64,000 nt of DNA from a virus, in the IMG/VR virus record IMGVR_UViG_3300028388_003330, positions 16,203 to 80,202 of that record, one strand, 5' to 3'. Made by a program: the position numbers and the translations under genes. Shown here in pieces: positions 9,247 through 18,344 of the stretch (position 1 is its first letter; each line of letters starts with the position of its first letter). The notes under the pieces are model-generated. The model made no database searches. It was not told the DNA's origin and saw only the letters and a list, made by a program, of their open reading frames with translations.

Positions 9247-10115
9247 TAGAACGTCACACCCACGGCAATATCAGCCGTGGTCTGCCCGATGTTAGTGATG
9301 ACCGGCGTGCCGAGGGTTGGGGCGTTACTGGTCGCGCCGGGGATGCTGAACAGGTAGGGTGCGTCGTTGGCTGGCTTCAGCCACGAATAGAGGTCTCTTG
9401 ATAACTGCTTGGCGACGGCAGAAGATGCCCCACGATGGTCAAGCATGAGAAACGATGCTATTTCACCATTAAACGCGGTTATAGGAGGCTCGTTTATTGC
9501 TGTCGCACCAATTTGTGCGAAAGCATCTAAATCCTGTACCTCCACGGAATGTGCGGTGTTATGAACTTCAACACCACCGACAAATGCAACAAGACAATTA
9601 TTTAAACGACCAGCGACTAAATGCTGCCACTCACCGTCACTAAAACCCGTAAATGTATAGTTTATCCCCGTGCTGTTGTGCGTAAGCGATACTCTGATAT
9701 CGTTCGACCAGTTCACCCTAGATATAACAAAAGAGTCTCCACTGTTGCTATTTATAGCAAAAATTATTCCGTTTCCGTCTCCGCCGGAGTGATTTGATTT
9801 GAATTCAACCGAAACTAAAAAATCGCCAGTAATGCTCGCCGCATAGTCTATCGGTATAGAATTATCAGAATCGTCCGCTACATCCCACGCAAACCCGCCG
9901 CTTGATGAAGTCCACGATCCAGTGGGACTTGCATACGTTTCGTTAACTTGCGCTGTGGCTAAGTCAAAGAAATCTCTTTGAAAGAGCATCGCGACCTTTA
10001 CACCGGGCACGTTTAACGCAACAGGCCCAATAGGCTTCCTTCCAGGCACCAACAAATTCGGCTCGCGCAACGCATACGCCAGTGCGGTCTGGCTGGGGAC
10101 GACTAGCTGGGCCAT
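9246..10115 (-). CDS. LamG/concanavalin-A-like lectin protein with a C-terminal 24-aa tag
   Basis: DGEWQHLV, FVGG and QIG...FNGEIA LamG-type motifs. Confidence 0.7.
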   Translation of the reverse strand: MAQLVVPSQTALAYALREPNLLVPGRKPIGPVALNVPGVKVAMLFQRDFFDLATAQVNETYASPTGSWTSSSGGFAWDVADDSDNSIPIDYAASITGDFLVSVEFKSNHSGGDGNGIIFAINSNSGDSFVISRVNWSNDIRVSLTHNSTGINYTFTGFSDGEWQHLVAGRLNNCLVAFVGGVEVHNTAHSVEVQDLDAFAQIGATAINEPPITAFNGEIASFLMLDHRGASSAVAKQLSRDLYSWLKPANDAPYLFSIPGATSNAPTLGTPVITNIGQTTADIAVGVTF

Positions 10116-10549
10116 TACGCAGCCGGGGCCATCGTGTACGGCGTCAGGTCAAGGTCCCAGCCAGTAGACGATGCGGTGGCGATCTCGTTCTTCAGAAAGA
10201 TTTTGCCTTTGCCCGACGACGGGAGCTTGATGTCGGCGATGCAGATTTGCTCTGTGGCGATGTTGTCCTTCACGCTGAACGAGCCGACGTAGTAGGCGCT
10301 AAAGTCAGCGTCCACGTCCTCGGGGTAGCTACTGCCATCCGCCGCGATGGGCAACAGGTAGATGCTGATCGTGCCGCCGGTCGTCGTTGTGTTGAGTGTG
10401 GCCCGCAGTTCAAGCTCTCCCAGCGGGTAAAGCGACGAACTTGCGTCGAACGTTGCGCCGGAAGTAAAGCCCGACGAGGGAATCGCCGACCCACCAGCAG
10501 TGACGACATTGATGGTCGTCGCTCGTGTGTACTTCGCTTCATTCGCCAT
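10115..10549 (-). CDS. Putative virion beta-sandwich protein
   Basis: 144-aa ORF coupled to both neighbours by stop/start overlap. Confidence 0.55.
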   Translation of the reverse strand: MANEAKYTRATTINVVTAGGSAIPSSGFTSGATFDASSSLYPLGELELRATLNTTTTGGTISIYLLPIAADGSSYPEDVDADFSAYYVGSFSVKDNIATEQICIADIKLPSSGKGKIFLKNEIATASSTGWDLDLTPYTMAPAA

Positions 10550-10953
10550 CAGATGGCCCTCGCTTTAGTCACTTGCCAATCTTCGATCACGCCGAGGCCA
10601 AGCTCGGTCGCACGGCTGATCGTCTCTTCGCGCAGCGAACTGAGGTTAGACACGGTCGTCGAGCCACCACCGTAGATGTAGGTAACAAACGCCTGCGCGG
10701 GTCCGCCAGCCTTGGGGTCGTGCTCGGCAATGCCGCAGAACCCAATCCACTCCTGTTTCTTGGAGTCGGTCAGAGCGGCGTACTCAGCCGAGTCAGTGGC
10801 CTCGAAGACCTCGCGGCCCGTCATGCTGGTGCGGATGCGGGTGATGTCAGCGGTGTTGAGCGCGGCGGCTACCTCGGCGTCAGTCATGCCTGCGTAGCCC
10901 CGCGCACCGGGGTCGTTGCTGATCTCGTCAGCCAGTATTTGATAGTCCATCAA
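10549..10953 (-). CDS. Phage fibre-cluster hypothetical protein
   Basis: 134-aa ORF (L..EI.NDP..RGYA.MTD.EVAAALN) with RBS and coupling. Confidence 0.6.
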   Translation of the reverse strand: MMDYQILADEISNDPGARGYAGMTDAEVAAALNTADITRIRTSMTGREVFEATDSAEYAALTDSKKQEWIGFCGIAEHDPKAGGPAQAFVTYIYGGGSTTVSNLSSLREETISRATELGLGVIEDWQVTKARAI

Positions 10954-11225
10954 TCGTTCCTTTCAGTTTGGTAGGCGAGTTCTCGCCGTTCAATTTCGAT
11001 CCTCGTCATGTGCATCATGGCCGCGACGGTTTCTCTTGGGATGTTCATGTTGCAGATGTCACATCGACGAGCGGTTAATTGGTCGAGTTTGTCTAAATGA
11101 TCTGCGAGTCTCGCCACATCGTCGTGCATTTCGTCTTCGAGCCTGACAAGCACGCCGAACAAACGGTGCAAAAAGTCAAGGGGTTGATGCGATAGTAGGT
11201 CAGCGAAAAGTTGAGGGACTCGCAT
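10950..11225 (-). CDS. Hypothetical protein
   Basis: 91-aa ORF with RBS AAGGAAG. Confidence 0.5.
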   Translation of the reverse strand: MRVPQLFADLLSHQPLDFLHRLFGVLVRLEDEMHDDVARLADHLDKLDQLTARRCDICNMNIPRETVAAMMHMTRIEIERRELAYQTERND

Positions 11226-11237
11226 GGCTTACTTCCT

Positions 11238-11468
11238 TTAGGCGTACTCATCAACGATAATTCCAGCCGTTTCATATCGACCAACCCAGAGGTATTCCTC
11301 TACTATGTAATTATACGATTTTCGTAGATTTATACCATCACGAAGGGCAGCGATTGCTGCCCTTGTTTGTGCGGTAGTACGTCTACTTCCTAAACCGTGA
11401 TATTTCTTTCCATTCGGAAATGTAAGAACTATCACGGTAGTCTCAGTAGCCACGGAAATGAGATCCAT
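11238..11468 (-). CDS. Hypothetical protein
   Basis: 76-aa AT-rich ORF in the operon direction. Confidence 0.4.
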   Translation of the reverse strand: MDLISVATETTVIVLTFPNGKKYHGLGSRRTTAQTRAAIAALRDGINLRKSYNYIVEEYLWVGRYETAGIIVDEYA

Positions 11469-11504
11469 GCCGCCACAAGGGCGGCATAGATCACTACAGC
11501 GATG

Positions 11505-11756
11505 TTAACGAAGAGCGCCGGGGTAAGGTTCTTTCGCATCAACCTGACCCTGACCCTGCCCTTGAACCGGACCACCCTGCTGCTTCTTTACTTCAGCAAA
11601 CTGAGCGATAACACCGTAAATGGCTTGACCCAACGCAAGCGAAAACTGATTCGCCTCTTCGTTGGAATCAAAATACCACTTGGCGTCAATATCGCTCAGA
11701 TATTGCCCGTCGGGTCCGACCTGATCCAAGGAAATGCTAACGACCTCTTTGCTCAT
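11505..11756 (-). CDS. Hypothetical protein
   Basis: 83-aa ORF with ATGA overlap to the upstream gene. Confidence 0.55.
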   Translation of the reverse strand: MSKEVVSISLDQVGPDGQYLSDIDAKWYFDSNEEANQFSLALGQAIYGVIAQFAEVKKQQGGPVQGQGQGQVDAKEPYPGALR

Positions 11757-12328
11757 CGGATGCTAGCCCCCGTCTTGGTCGAACCGCCAGAGCGAACACC
11801 ATAGTTCGAACCGGGCTCAGAGGTCTCAGGCAGATCAAGCATCGGGCGAGCCTTGATTTCGTCGAGCATCTTCTGAATCGACAGAATGTTCTGCTTACCG
11901 CGATTCTCATCGAATTCAGAGAGACCACCACCAAGACCAGCGGACTGCGACATCGCAAGCTCAGCGGCGAAAACCATCCAAGACTCCGCGAGGTACTGTG
12001 CGGCTTCATTCAACGGGACTTCCTCTCCGCCCACATTGGTCGTGAACGTGATGTACGGGTCCGACAGGTTGATGTCGAAGTTCGTCGGATGCGTGGCGGG
12101 GAGGTCCGGAATCGGGCTGGTGCCAAGAGCGTCCAGCATCGACGTAATGTGGTCGATGTAGCTCTGCTGGCGCTCAATTGCCTGCTGAGTCAGACCATAG
12201 CTGTGCGCAGCAGAGGATTCTTTTGCAATGGTCTTACCGAATTCGTAAGCCTGCTTCGCCACCGTACGCAACTCAAGGTTGCGGTTCGGGTACACCTTAA
12301 ACAAATCGTTAAATGCCATTTTAATCAC
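11753..12328 (-). CDS. Hypothetical, possibly virion protein
   Basis: 191-aa ORF with an internally repeated DLPxT motif. Confidence 0.6.
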   Translation of the reverse strand: MIKMAFNDLFKVYPNRNLELRTVAKQAYEFGKTIAKESSAAHSYGLTQQAIERQQSYIDHITSMLDALGTSPIPDLPATHPTNFDINLSDPYITFTTNVGGEEVPLNEAAQYLAESWMVFAAELAMSQSAGLGGGLSEFDENRGKQNILSIQKMLDEIKARPMLDLPETSEPGSNYGVRSGGSTKTGASIR

Positions 12329-12797
12329 CTTTTACTAGAGTTGATTTAGATAAACGAGAACCAAGTGTCGAAGACACCTTCTCAAGACCGCGAGAGCCGA
12401 AATAGGCGGCGTAAACGGTCAGCAGGATGACCGTAAAAAGATCGGTCCAAGTCGATAGAACAGCGATATTGATCGACTCGCTGTCAAAAATCGTCGCTGC
12501 CGCAATCAGTGTCACCATTACTGTAAGGAACACCACGGTAAGCGGACGAACGTTTTTGGCGAGCCAACTATCTGACTGCGTATCGGCTTGCCATCTTTTT
12601 GTAAGCTCTTGTTGTTCAACTTCATTGGCCTTAATGACAGATTGCTGCATTTCGACCATTTTACCCTGAATCGCCTGTTCGATTTTCAGGCGCTCTTCAT
12701 CGCTGGTGATGTTTTTGTCAAGCGCGTCACCGACAGCATCAACCAAACTTGAAGCGCCAGCCGAGAAAATCTTTCCTAATGCCGCTACAAAACTCAT
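12321..12797 (-). CDS. Holin (3TM-type family)
   Basis: RWxAD..SDSWL.KNVRPL motif, two TM segments and YFGSRG. Adjacent to the endolysin. Confidence 0.8.
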   Translation of the reverse strand: MSFVAALGKIFSAGASSLVDAVGDALDKNITSDEERLKIEQAIQGKMVEMQQSVIKANEVEQQELTKRWQADTQSDSWLAKNVRPLTVVFLTVMVTLIAAATIFDSESINIAVLSTWTDLFTVILLTVYAAYFGSRGLEKVSSTLGSRLSKSTLVKGD

Positions 12798-13123
12798 CGC
12801 CCTTCTCCATGTTTCCAGACACCATCTTTTGGGGCTTGATAATGATTTCCATCATTGAATCGACCACCCCAAATTCCGCCTTGAGATTCCCACCATTCGC
12901 CAAGCGGACGATGATCTTCGGTTTTCGTTAAGTAAACGCCGTCTTTGAAAAGGTTGAGATCAACTGCCAAACGACTCTTGTGATAGCTTTCTGGATGACC
13001 GTAAGGACAGCGCGGATCGCGAAAACAATCGCCAAGCGTCACTTCGAAACCCAATTCAAACGCCTTATCTATAAGACGCGGAATCATTTTGGTGAATGCT
13101 ATCTGTCGATCTCTTAAACTCAT
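12794..13123 (-). CDS. Endolysin, peptidase M15 family
   Basis: SYH..RLAVD and WGGRF.DGNH motifs. Start MSLRDRQ chosen for its ATGA overlap. Confidence 0.85.
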   Translation of the reverse strand: MSLRDRQIAFTKMIPRLIDKAFELGFEVTLGDCFRDPRCPYGHPESYHKSRLAVDLNLFKDGVYLTKTEDHRPLGEWWESQGGIWGGRFNDGNHYQAPKDGVWKHGEGR

Positions 13124-13815
13124 TGGTTGTCTACCACTCGCCAACTGACGCCGTAGAACTTATTGTTCTCGGCAACATTTCCAGACACACGATCAGGGAC
13201 GATCCAGCTTCGCAGCGTGACGAAGGGCCACTCTTTTCCGAAGATGAACCTGGGGTAAGGCTGTTTTGGAATATTCCAATTCCATACCCACTCGCCATTT
13301 AACGTGCAGCCCCAATTGCGCAAGTCGCGCCAGCGACGGCTGCCGAACCAGATCGCGACGTGGTTATTATAAAATTCGTTTTCTAGAATCCAGTTAGCGA
13401 CCGCAGGGCGTCGAGGTTCTGACCCGTATTCACCGCAATTAGAATACACCGTCACACCGTTGCCGACGCTATTGAAGACATTCCCTTTAATCAAGCACCG
13501 ACTAGAGCCATCAATAGCGATAGCCTCACGACGACCCCAAGAAATACGCTGATCACCGTTACCAACAAAACGACTGTCCCGAACTGTTACGTTCTCGCTA
13601 AAGGCAATATAGATGCCAATTCGATTCTTTTCGAAATGACAGTTTTCGATAATCAGGTCATCGCTGCGGCGGATATAGATGCCGTGGTCCGGGTCAAGCA
13701 GTTTGCAGTTGATGACCTTGACGCCGGGACTGTCGTGAATCACCAGCGATCTATCAAACGTCTGGTTCTCAATGACTGCGCCGGGTTTGAACTTGTATAC
13801 CCTTTCTTCGCTCAC
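13120..13815 (-). CDS. Right-handed beta-helix protein
   Basis: Repeating GIYI..S..xIxNxxF rungs. Confidence 0.7.
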   Translation of the reverse strand: MSEERVYKFKPGAVIENQTFDRSLVIHDSPGVKVINCKLLDPDHGIYIRRSDDLIIENCHFEKNRIGIYIAFSENVTVRDSRFVGNGDQRISWGRREAIAIDGSSRCLIKGNVFNSVGNGVTVYSNCGEYGSEPRRPAVANWILENEFYNNHVAIWFGSRRWRDLRNWGCTLNGEWVWNWNIPKQPYPRFIFGKEWPFVTLRSWIVPDRVSGNVAENNKFYGVSWRVVDNQ

Positions 13816-13895
13816 ACCACTTCTCCGAGAGCTAGGAAGAAAAACCCTAACAACAAAAGCGCGATACTGGCGAGTAGGACATCAGTAATTTTCAT
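13812..13895 (-). CDS. 27-aa membrane peptide (absent from ORF track)
   Basis: MKITDVLLASIALLLLGFFFLALGEVV, with ATGA/GTGA overlaps on both sides. Confidence 0.45.
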   Translation of the reverse strand: MKITDVLLASIALLLLGFFFLALGEVV

Positions 13896-14008
13896 CGGCT
13901 ATAAAACCCAGCTACAAACGCAAGACCAACAATTACAGCGACAATTAAACAAAGAACCTGCACACCAAAGCACATAGCTTTCAGATAAATGTCGCCGAGC
14001 TTGCGCAC
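13892..14008 (-). CDS. 38-aa membrane peptide (absent from ORF track)
   Basis: GTG start overlapping the upstream TAG. MRKLGDIYLKAMCFGVQVLCLIVAVIVGLAFVAGFYSR. Confidence 0.45.
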   Translation of the reverse strand: MRKLGDIYLKAMCFGVQVLCLIVAVIVGLAFVAGFYSR

Positions 14009-14226
14009 TATTCACTACCGCCTATTCGTGCGTCCCATTGATCGCACATATAACCAAGAGGCGCACCTTTATTACGATAAGGGTGGTCTTGACGATCCTT
14101 CACCGAATACAAAAGTTGTTCAACCTCTGAAAGACGGTTACGCAACGCAGAAACCTCACTGCGGAGTTCCGAAATGATCACCAGCATTTCGTCAGTAACT
14201 TCTCTGAAGGCGTTAGGGGACATCAA
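14008..14226 (-). CDS. Small coiled-coil hypothetical protein
   Basis: 72-aa coupled ORF. Confidence 0.5.
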   Translation of the reverse strand: MMSPNAFREVTDEMLVIISELRSEVSALRNRLSEVEQLLYSVKDRQDHPYRNKGAPLGYMCDQWDARIGGSE

Positions 14227-14588
14227 ATCGCACCCTGCAAATGAGCCAGAATTGCACCAAGAATTGCGCCACCGAACGTGATCATTACCGACCAGAACAG
14301 TTTTCGCTGTTCTCTGATAATAAGCTTCCGATCTTCGTTTTCTTGGGTAACGTGTGAGTTTAAGGTTCGATCAATACTTTCGATACCGTCTTTCATGCCA
14401 TCAAGGCGCTTATCTACACTATCGATACGCGCATCAAGCCTCGCATGAGATTCATGCGTCCTAACATCTTGGGCATCTACACGACCTTCCACCTTAGCGA
14501 TACGCGAATCCTGTTCGTATTGGCGTCGCTCAATGTGATGAACGGTGTTTTTGATGTCCTCTATGTCTTGGGCATGCCGCTCATCCAC
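14223..14588 (-). CDS. Coiled-coil protein with C-terminal TM (XhlA/holin-like)
   Basis: Heptad repeats followed by a hydrophobic C-terminus. Lies in the lysis region. Confidence 0.6.
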   Translation of the reverse strand: MDERHAQDIEDIKNTVHHIERRQYEQDSRIAKVEGRVDAQDVRTHESHARLDARIDSVDKRLDGMKDGIESIDRTLNSHVTQENEDRKLIIREQRKLFWSVMITFGGAILGAILAHLQGAI

Positions 14589-14599
14589 GACTCACACCA

Positions 14600-14977
14600 T
14601 TAGGCCGCGTGCTGGATCGTGCCGGAGTTGATGGTTACCGTTTGACCGTTCGAAATCGAAACCGAATCAAGAACGATATTTTCGGCACCAGTTCCCACCG
14701 TCAGACCAGTGATGACATCGTTAGAATCGCTATCGCGAATACGAGCCTCTGCAGCAGTGCCGCCAGCCGAAGCAGTGTTGCTCAGACCAGTTGCGTTCAG
14801 AGTCAGAGTATCGGTAGCAACCGTACCGCACGGGTCATTCAAGGTGATCGTCACAAGAACCTGAGCCATACCAGCGGTTCCGATTTCCAGCGTGCCAGCG
14901 CCAGCGCCAGCATCAATTTGATCGGCAACAGCCTGCATACGACTCGTCTTTACATCTGTAGCGTAAGTAACAGCCAT
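14600..14977 (-). CDS. Small virion structural protein
   Basis: 125-aa Gly/Thr-rich beta protein (GTA..ARI.DS...GLTVG...L...I..GQTVTI). Confidence 0.65.
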   Translation of the reverse strand: MAVTYATDVKTSRMQAVADQIDAGAGAGTLEIGTAGMAQVLVTITLNDPCGTVATDTLTLNATGLSNTASAGGTAAEARIRDSDSNDVITGLTVGTGAENIVLDSVSISNGQTVTINSGTIQHAA

Positions 14978-15000
14978 GATCTTTTCCTCAAGAAACGAAT

Positions 15001-15846
15001 TTAGACGTAACCAAATTCCGCCATTTGCTCACCAAAGGCGTCTTCAATTGCCTTTACCTGTGAAGTTGACAGAGCGTCTTTCCACCTGCCCACATTCACT
15101 CTTTCACTGAAGAAACCTGATCCGCTCTCTTTGTGATGACGGGAGGCTTCGTCAAACCCACCTTGAATTTCCTTTTCTCGGAGGTTTTTGAGCTTGCAGG
15201 CTTCAACCGCATGCTCGACTTTCTCTTGTGAAGGTTCGATTCCATACCGCTCCAGAATCCGCGTGAACTGCCCTACGGTGTCATGTACAAGGTCTTCGTA
15301 CTTAATCACCCGTGACTTAGGATTGCTGTTCCAACTATAAACATGACTGTCCCAACGAGAGATAAAGCCGTGGGTCGTCATTCTGTCTACCTTCACTTCT
15401 GGTTTTGAACCGGCGTTGGTCTGCATCATAATCTCAATGCAATCATCAAGGCTTATACCTAGATGTTTTGCATACGAAACTGCAACATCACGCGGGTCAC
15501 GAACCAAATAGACGATGGACTCATACAACCCCTCTGGAAAAAGGGGCATGTCCTTGATCATGGCATTGATGTTATGCGTCTTCACGATCAACGGTCGTCT
15601 ATCACTTCCAAACAACGCAATTAGGTTGACCAGCGTAGCGGGCCTCAAAAGCGCCCATTGGTAGATATCAAGAAGATCGTAGGGGATTGGTGCAAGATGC
15701 TGATACAGCGGGGGTCTATTCTCGCCCACCGTAGCCCTAAGATCGTTGATATCTATGTCATCAAAAAAATACGCCTCAATTAATGTCCTTACCCATGTGT
15801 TGCCACTTTTAGGGTAAGAGGCCAACCAGTTAATTTTTTGCTGCAT
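15001..15846 (-). CDS. PAPS-dependent sulfotransferase (Sulfotransfer_1)
   Basis: WLASYPKSGNTW (5'-PSB), KTH, YLVRDPRDVAVSY (3'-PB), KYEDL and FF...GRWK motifs. Confidence 0.9.
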   Translation of the reverse strand: MQQKINWLASYPKSGNTWVRTLIEAYFFDDIDINDLRATVGENRPPLYQHLAPIPYDLLDIYQWALLRPATLVNLIALFGSDRRPLIVKTHNINAMIKDMPLFPEGLYESIVYLVRDPRDVAVSYAKHLGISLDDCIEIMMQTNAGSKPEVKVDRMTTHGFISRWDSHVYSWNSNPKSRVIKYEDLVHDTVGQFTRILERYGIEPSQEKVEHAVEACKLKNLREKEIQGGFDEASRHHKESGSGFFSERVNVGRWKDALSTSQVKAIEDAFGEQMAEFGYV

Positions 15847-15851
15847 CTCGT

Positions 15852-16274
15852 TTAATCAAGCGAGATGTCAATGCCACCAGCCGCAAACTGGAGCTTTTCG
15901 TTTTGAGCAACGGAGGCGTCTGCCATATCGTTGTCGTAACAAAGCACCTTGTTGGAACTCAGCGTACCGGTCTCGCTGTCCACAATCGCAACACCGACAA
16001 CGTTCCAAGTTGTTGCAGCGTCGTTGGTGAATGTAATTGCAGAGGTATTGGACTTGACAGCAGGAGAGGTGCCACTTGCTGGGTCAAACGTAATAAGTTG
16101 TCGCGCGTAATTTCCGGTGGAGGGCTCTGAGATCGTTGCGCAGGTGTCGGAATCCGCAGCGGGAGAAGTGAGCAGCGCCAAATACAAGCTTGTCGGCGCT
16201 GTCCAAGCTCCACCAGCTCCACCGAAGGCATGATCCAGAAGCTCAGTTTCCAGATAATCGGTAAATTCAGCCAT
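15852..16274 (-). CDS. Phage tail-fibre-associated structural protein
   Basis: FTDYLE..LLDH...YLAL....E...GNYARQ.ITF...N..AITF family pattern. Confidence 0.7.
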   Translation of the reverse strand: MAEFTDYLETELLDHAFGGAGGAWTAPTSLYLALLTSPAADSDTCATISEPSTGNYARQLITFDPASGTSPAVKSNTSAITFTNDAATTWNVVGVAIVDSETGTLSSNKVLCYDNDMADASVAQNEKLQFAAGGIDISLD

Positions 16275-16385
16275 AATCTTTCACTCTGATGATCCTCGCC
16301 ATACGACGAAGCGGTTGAAATTTAAAGCAAGCTAACTCTACGTCAGTGCTGACTTATTTTCTCACCTTTGCTTTTACCAAGTCAA

Positions 16386-16688
16386 TTACTGCAAAGCCTG
16401 CTTGACATTGAAGGTTACAATATCAGATCGAAGCTTTCGTTCTACACCAAACAACACAACAACCTGCATTTTATGTAGACCCTGGCTTTCAAAATCGTTC
16501 GCCGCAGTCATGTATTTTACAATCCCATTTTGCGAATCATGAATGATTGCGGACTGATTTGTTACCAAACCCTGCGGATTTAGTATATCAACACTTGCTG
16601 ATGTTGCCTCTGTAAGATCTGCTCCAGTCTTAAAATAGAGAGCTACACCAAAAGTGTCGGTAAAAAGAAGATCTCTGACAACCACCAC
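16386..16688 (-). CDS. BppU N-terminal-like Ig-fold protein
   Basis: Aligns with 1742..2050 (TDT(F/Y)GV, DLT.AT, GIV.Y, H..QVV, KLR). Confidence 0.6.
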   Translation of the reverse strand: MVVVRDLLFTDTFGVALYFKTGADLTEATSASVDILNPQGLVTNQSAIIHDSQNGIVKYMTAANDFESQGLHKMQVVVLFGVERKLRSDIVTFNVKQALQ

Positions 16689-16930
16689 TACTCTCCTTCA
16701 CCGGTATTCAGATATACAGTCCGTTCAAACAGGAAATTCTGCGCCTTAATTTCGCCCCTGATGGGCGCTTCTACGATTGGACTTTCGACCATGTAGGCTT
16801 TCAGATTAATTCCATCTATCGGTGTAAGGTTAACAGATATTTCGCCTGTCAGCGATGCGGAGAGAGCAGATTCATCCCTAAGTGAAAGGTCTATGACTTC
16901 TACATGGGATTCAGTATTTACGTCACTCAC
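16688..16930 (-). CDS. Hypothetical protein
   Basis: 80-aa coupled ORF. Confidence 0.5.
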   Translation of the reverse strand: MSDVNTESHVEVIDLSLRDESALSASLTGEISVNLTPIDGINLKAYMVESPIVEAPIRGEIKAQNFLFERTVYLNTGEGE

Positions 16931-18231
16931 TGTTTTTCCTTACGGCCCCTGTAATACCACTGACCGCCAACTACAGCGATATCGGTTACAGGAATATATT
17001 CAAAATTCACCAGCTTATTCTGAACGTCGGCGTGAGCTAATGCAAAACCCATGTGCCATTTTTCCCCTTCAGTATAAGATGCTGAACGTTTATGACCGCA
17101 ACCTAGTTGATGCCATTCATATGCACCAAAAATGGGCGAAAACATCGGCCAAACCTGATGTGAGTGATGATGTCCATTGCAACCCGGCAGGCCCATGTTC
17201 CGAGCATAGGGGAAATGATGGAACAACATCGTTTCCCAGTAGACCTTATAGTTATTGCCCAATTCCTTGTCATGTTCGCGCTTAGTCCACGCTGAAAGGT
17301 CCGCTTTGGCAATGTAATTAATTTCGTACTCATCAAGCCCCAGGAGCGTCGCTATGCTCATCCCGTGCAGATCCGACAACACTGCGCGGAGCGCTGGAGT
17401 GGCGTCGGCCAAGAGCTTTAAAAGACGCGCCTCGTGATTCCCTTCGATAATGTCGATCTGCGTTGCTGGACACGCTTCTCTCAGAGGACCAAGAATGTAT
17501 TCATGGGCAAATTTGATCCGCCCCACTACATCCCATTCCCGTGGATCGACGTTGTACTTACCGAATTCTGGAAGATCGAACACATCCCCAACCAATACAA
17601 TGACATCGGGATGGACTCGCTCGGCCGTGTCAATGAATACTCTCAACCAGAACTGATCAACCTCAATATCGTGGATATCTGAGGCAATCAGTACGGTTTT
17701 AAAACGATTGTTGTTCTTGCGGTCATACTTGTTAGCGTACAACTCCCGTTCCCTGTTCAACTCACGGTAATGATCGACGCTGGCATGAACGGCAATATTC
17801 CGTTCTAAGGCGTGCTGCTGACGACTGAGCTTAATACTAGCTTGGCGTTTAAACTCTTCAAACGTACCGAAATATCGGTTCCAAGTAGACTCAGATATAA
17901 GGGAGTGGACGCGGAAGTAATTTCTGGTGACAACTTTGTCTGGGTCGATCTCTGCTACTCTGCGGAGTTCCCCAATACACTCTTCAGGCCCCCAATCCTC
18001 CATGAATCGGGTGGCATCTTCTGACATTGGGGACTTTGCTAGTGCTGCCCTGCTGACAAGCTTTGGCAGTTCGTCGTCTAGAGCCGCTTTCTTTCTTAGG
18101 CTTGCCGCCTTATTTTTGACGGTCTTCTTCGATAAGCCGAGTTGATCGGCTACATCGCCTATGGTTTCGAAGCTCTCAACGTCGTTATAAACCCTAGCAA
18201 ACTCACTATCGCTTACTGGAGGTTTTGACAT
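16927..18231 (-). CDS. Calcineurin-like metallophosphoesterase with N-terminal HTH
   Basis: SDIH, GDVFD, GNHE and GHHH motifs. N-terminal DVADQLGLSKKTVKN. Confidence 0.85.
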   Translation of the reverse strand: MSKPPVSDSEFARVYNDVESFETIGDVADQLGLSKKTVKNKAASLRKKAALDDELPKLVSRAALAKSPMSEDATRFMEDWGPEECIGELRRVAEIDPDKVVTRNYFRVHSLISESTWNRYFGTFEEFKRQASIKLSRQQHALERNIAVHASVDHYRELNRERELYANKYDRKNNNRFKTVLIASDIHDIEVDQFWLRVFIDTAERVHPDVIVLVGDVFDLPEFGKYNVDPREWDVVGRIKFAHEYILGPLREACPATQIDIIEGNHEARLLKLLADATPALRAVLSDLHGMSIATLLGLDEYEINYIAKADLSAWTKREHDKELGNNYKVYWETMLFHHFPYARNMGLPGCNGHHHSHQVWPMFSPIFGAYEWHQLGCGHKRSASYTEGEKWHMGFALAHADVQNKLVNFEYIPVTDIAVVGGQWYYRGRKEKQ

Positions 18232-18344
18232 TGTACTAACTTAAGCAGTCATACCAAACGCAACCGTAGCAGAAATCTCCTGACAGCTCAATCACCTGTG
18301 ACTGATCTTTCGATTTCTCTATCAAAAACCGCGTTTAACCTCTA

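Noticed and set aside
11238-11468. GIY-YIG homing endonuclease remnant
   Set aside because: Only a vague TFPNGKKYHG resemblance, without the other conserved residues.
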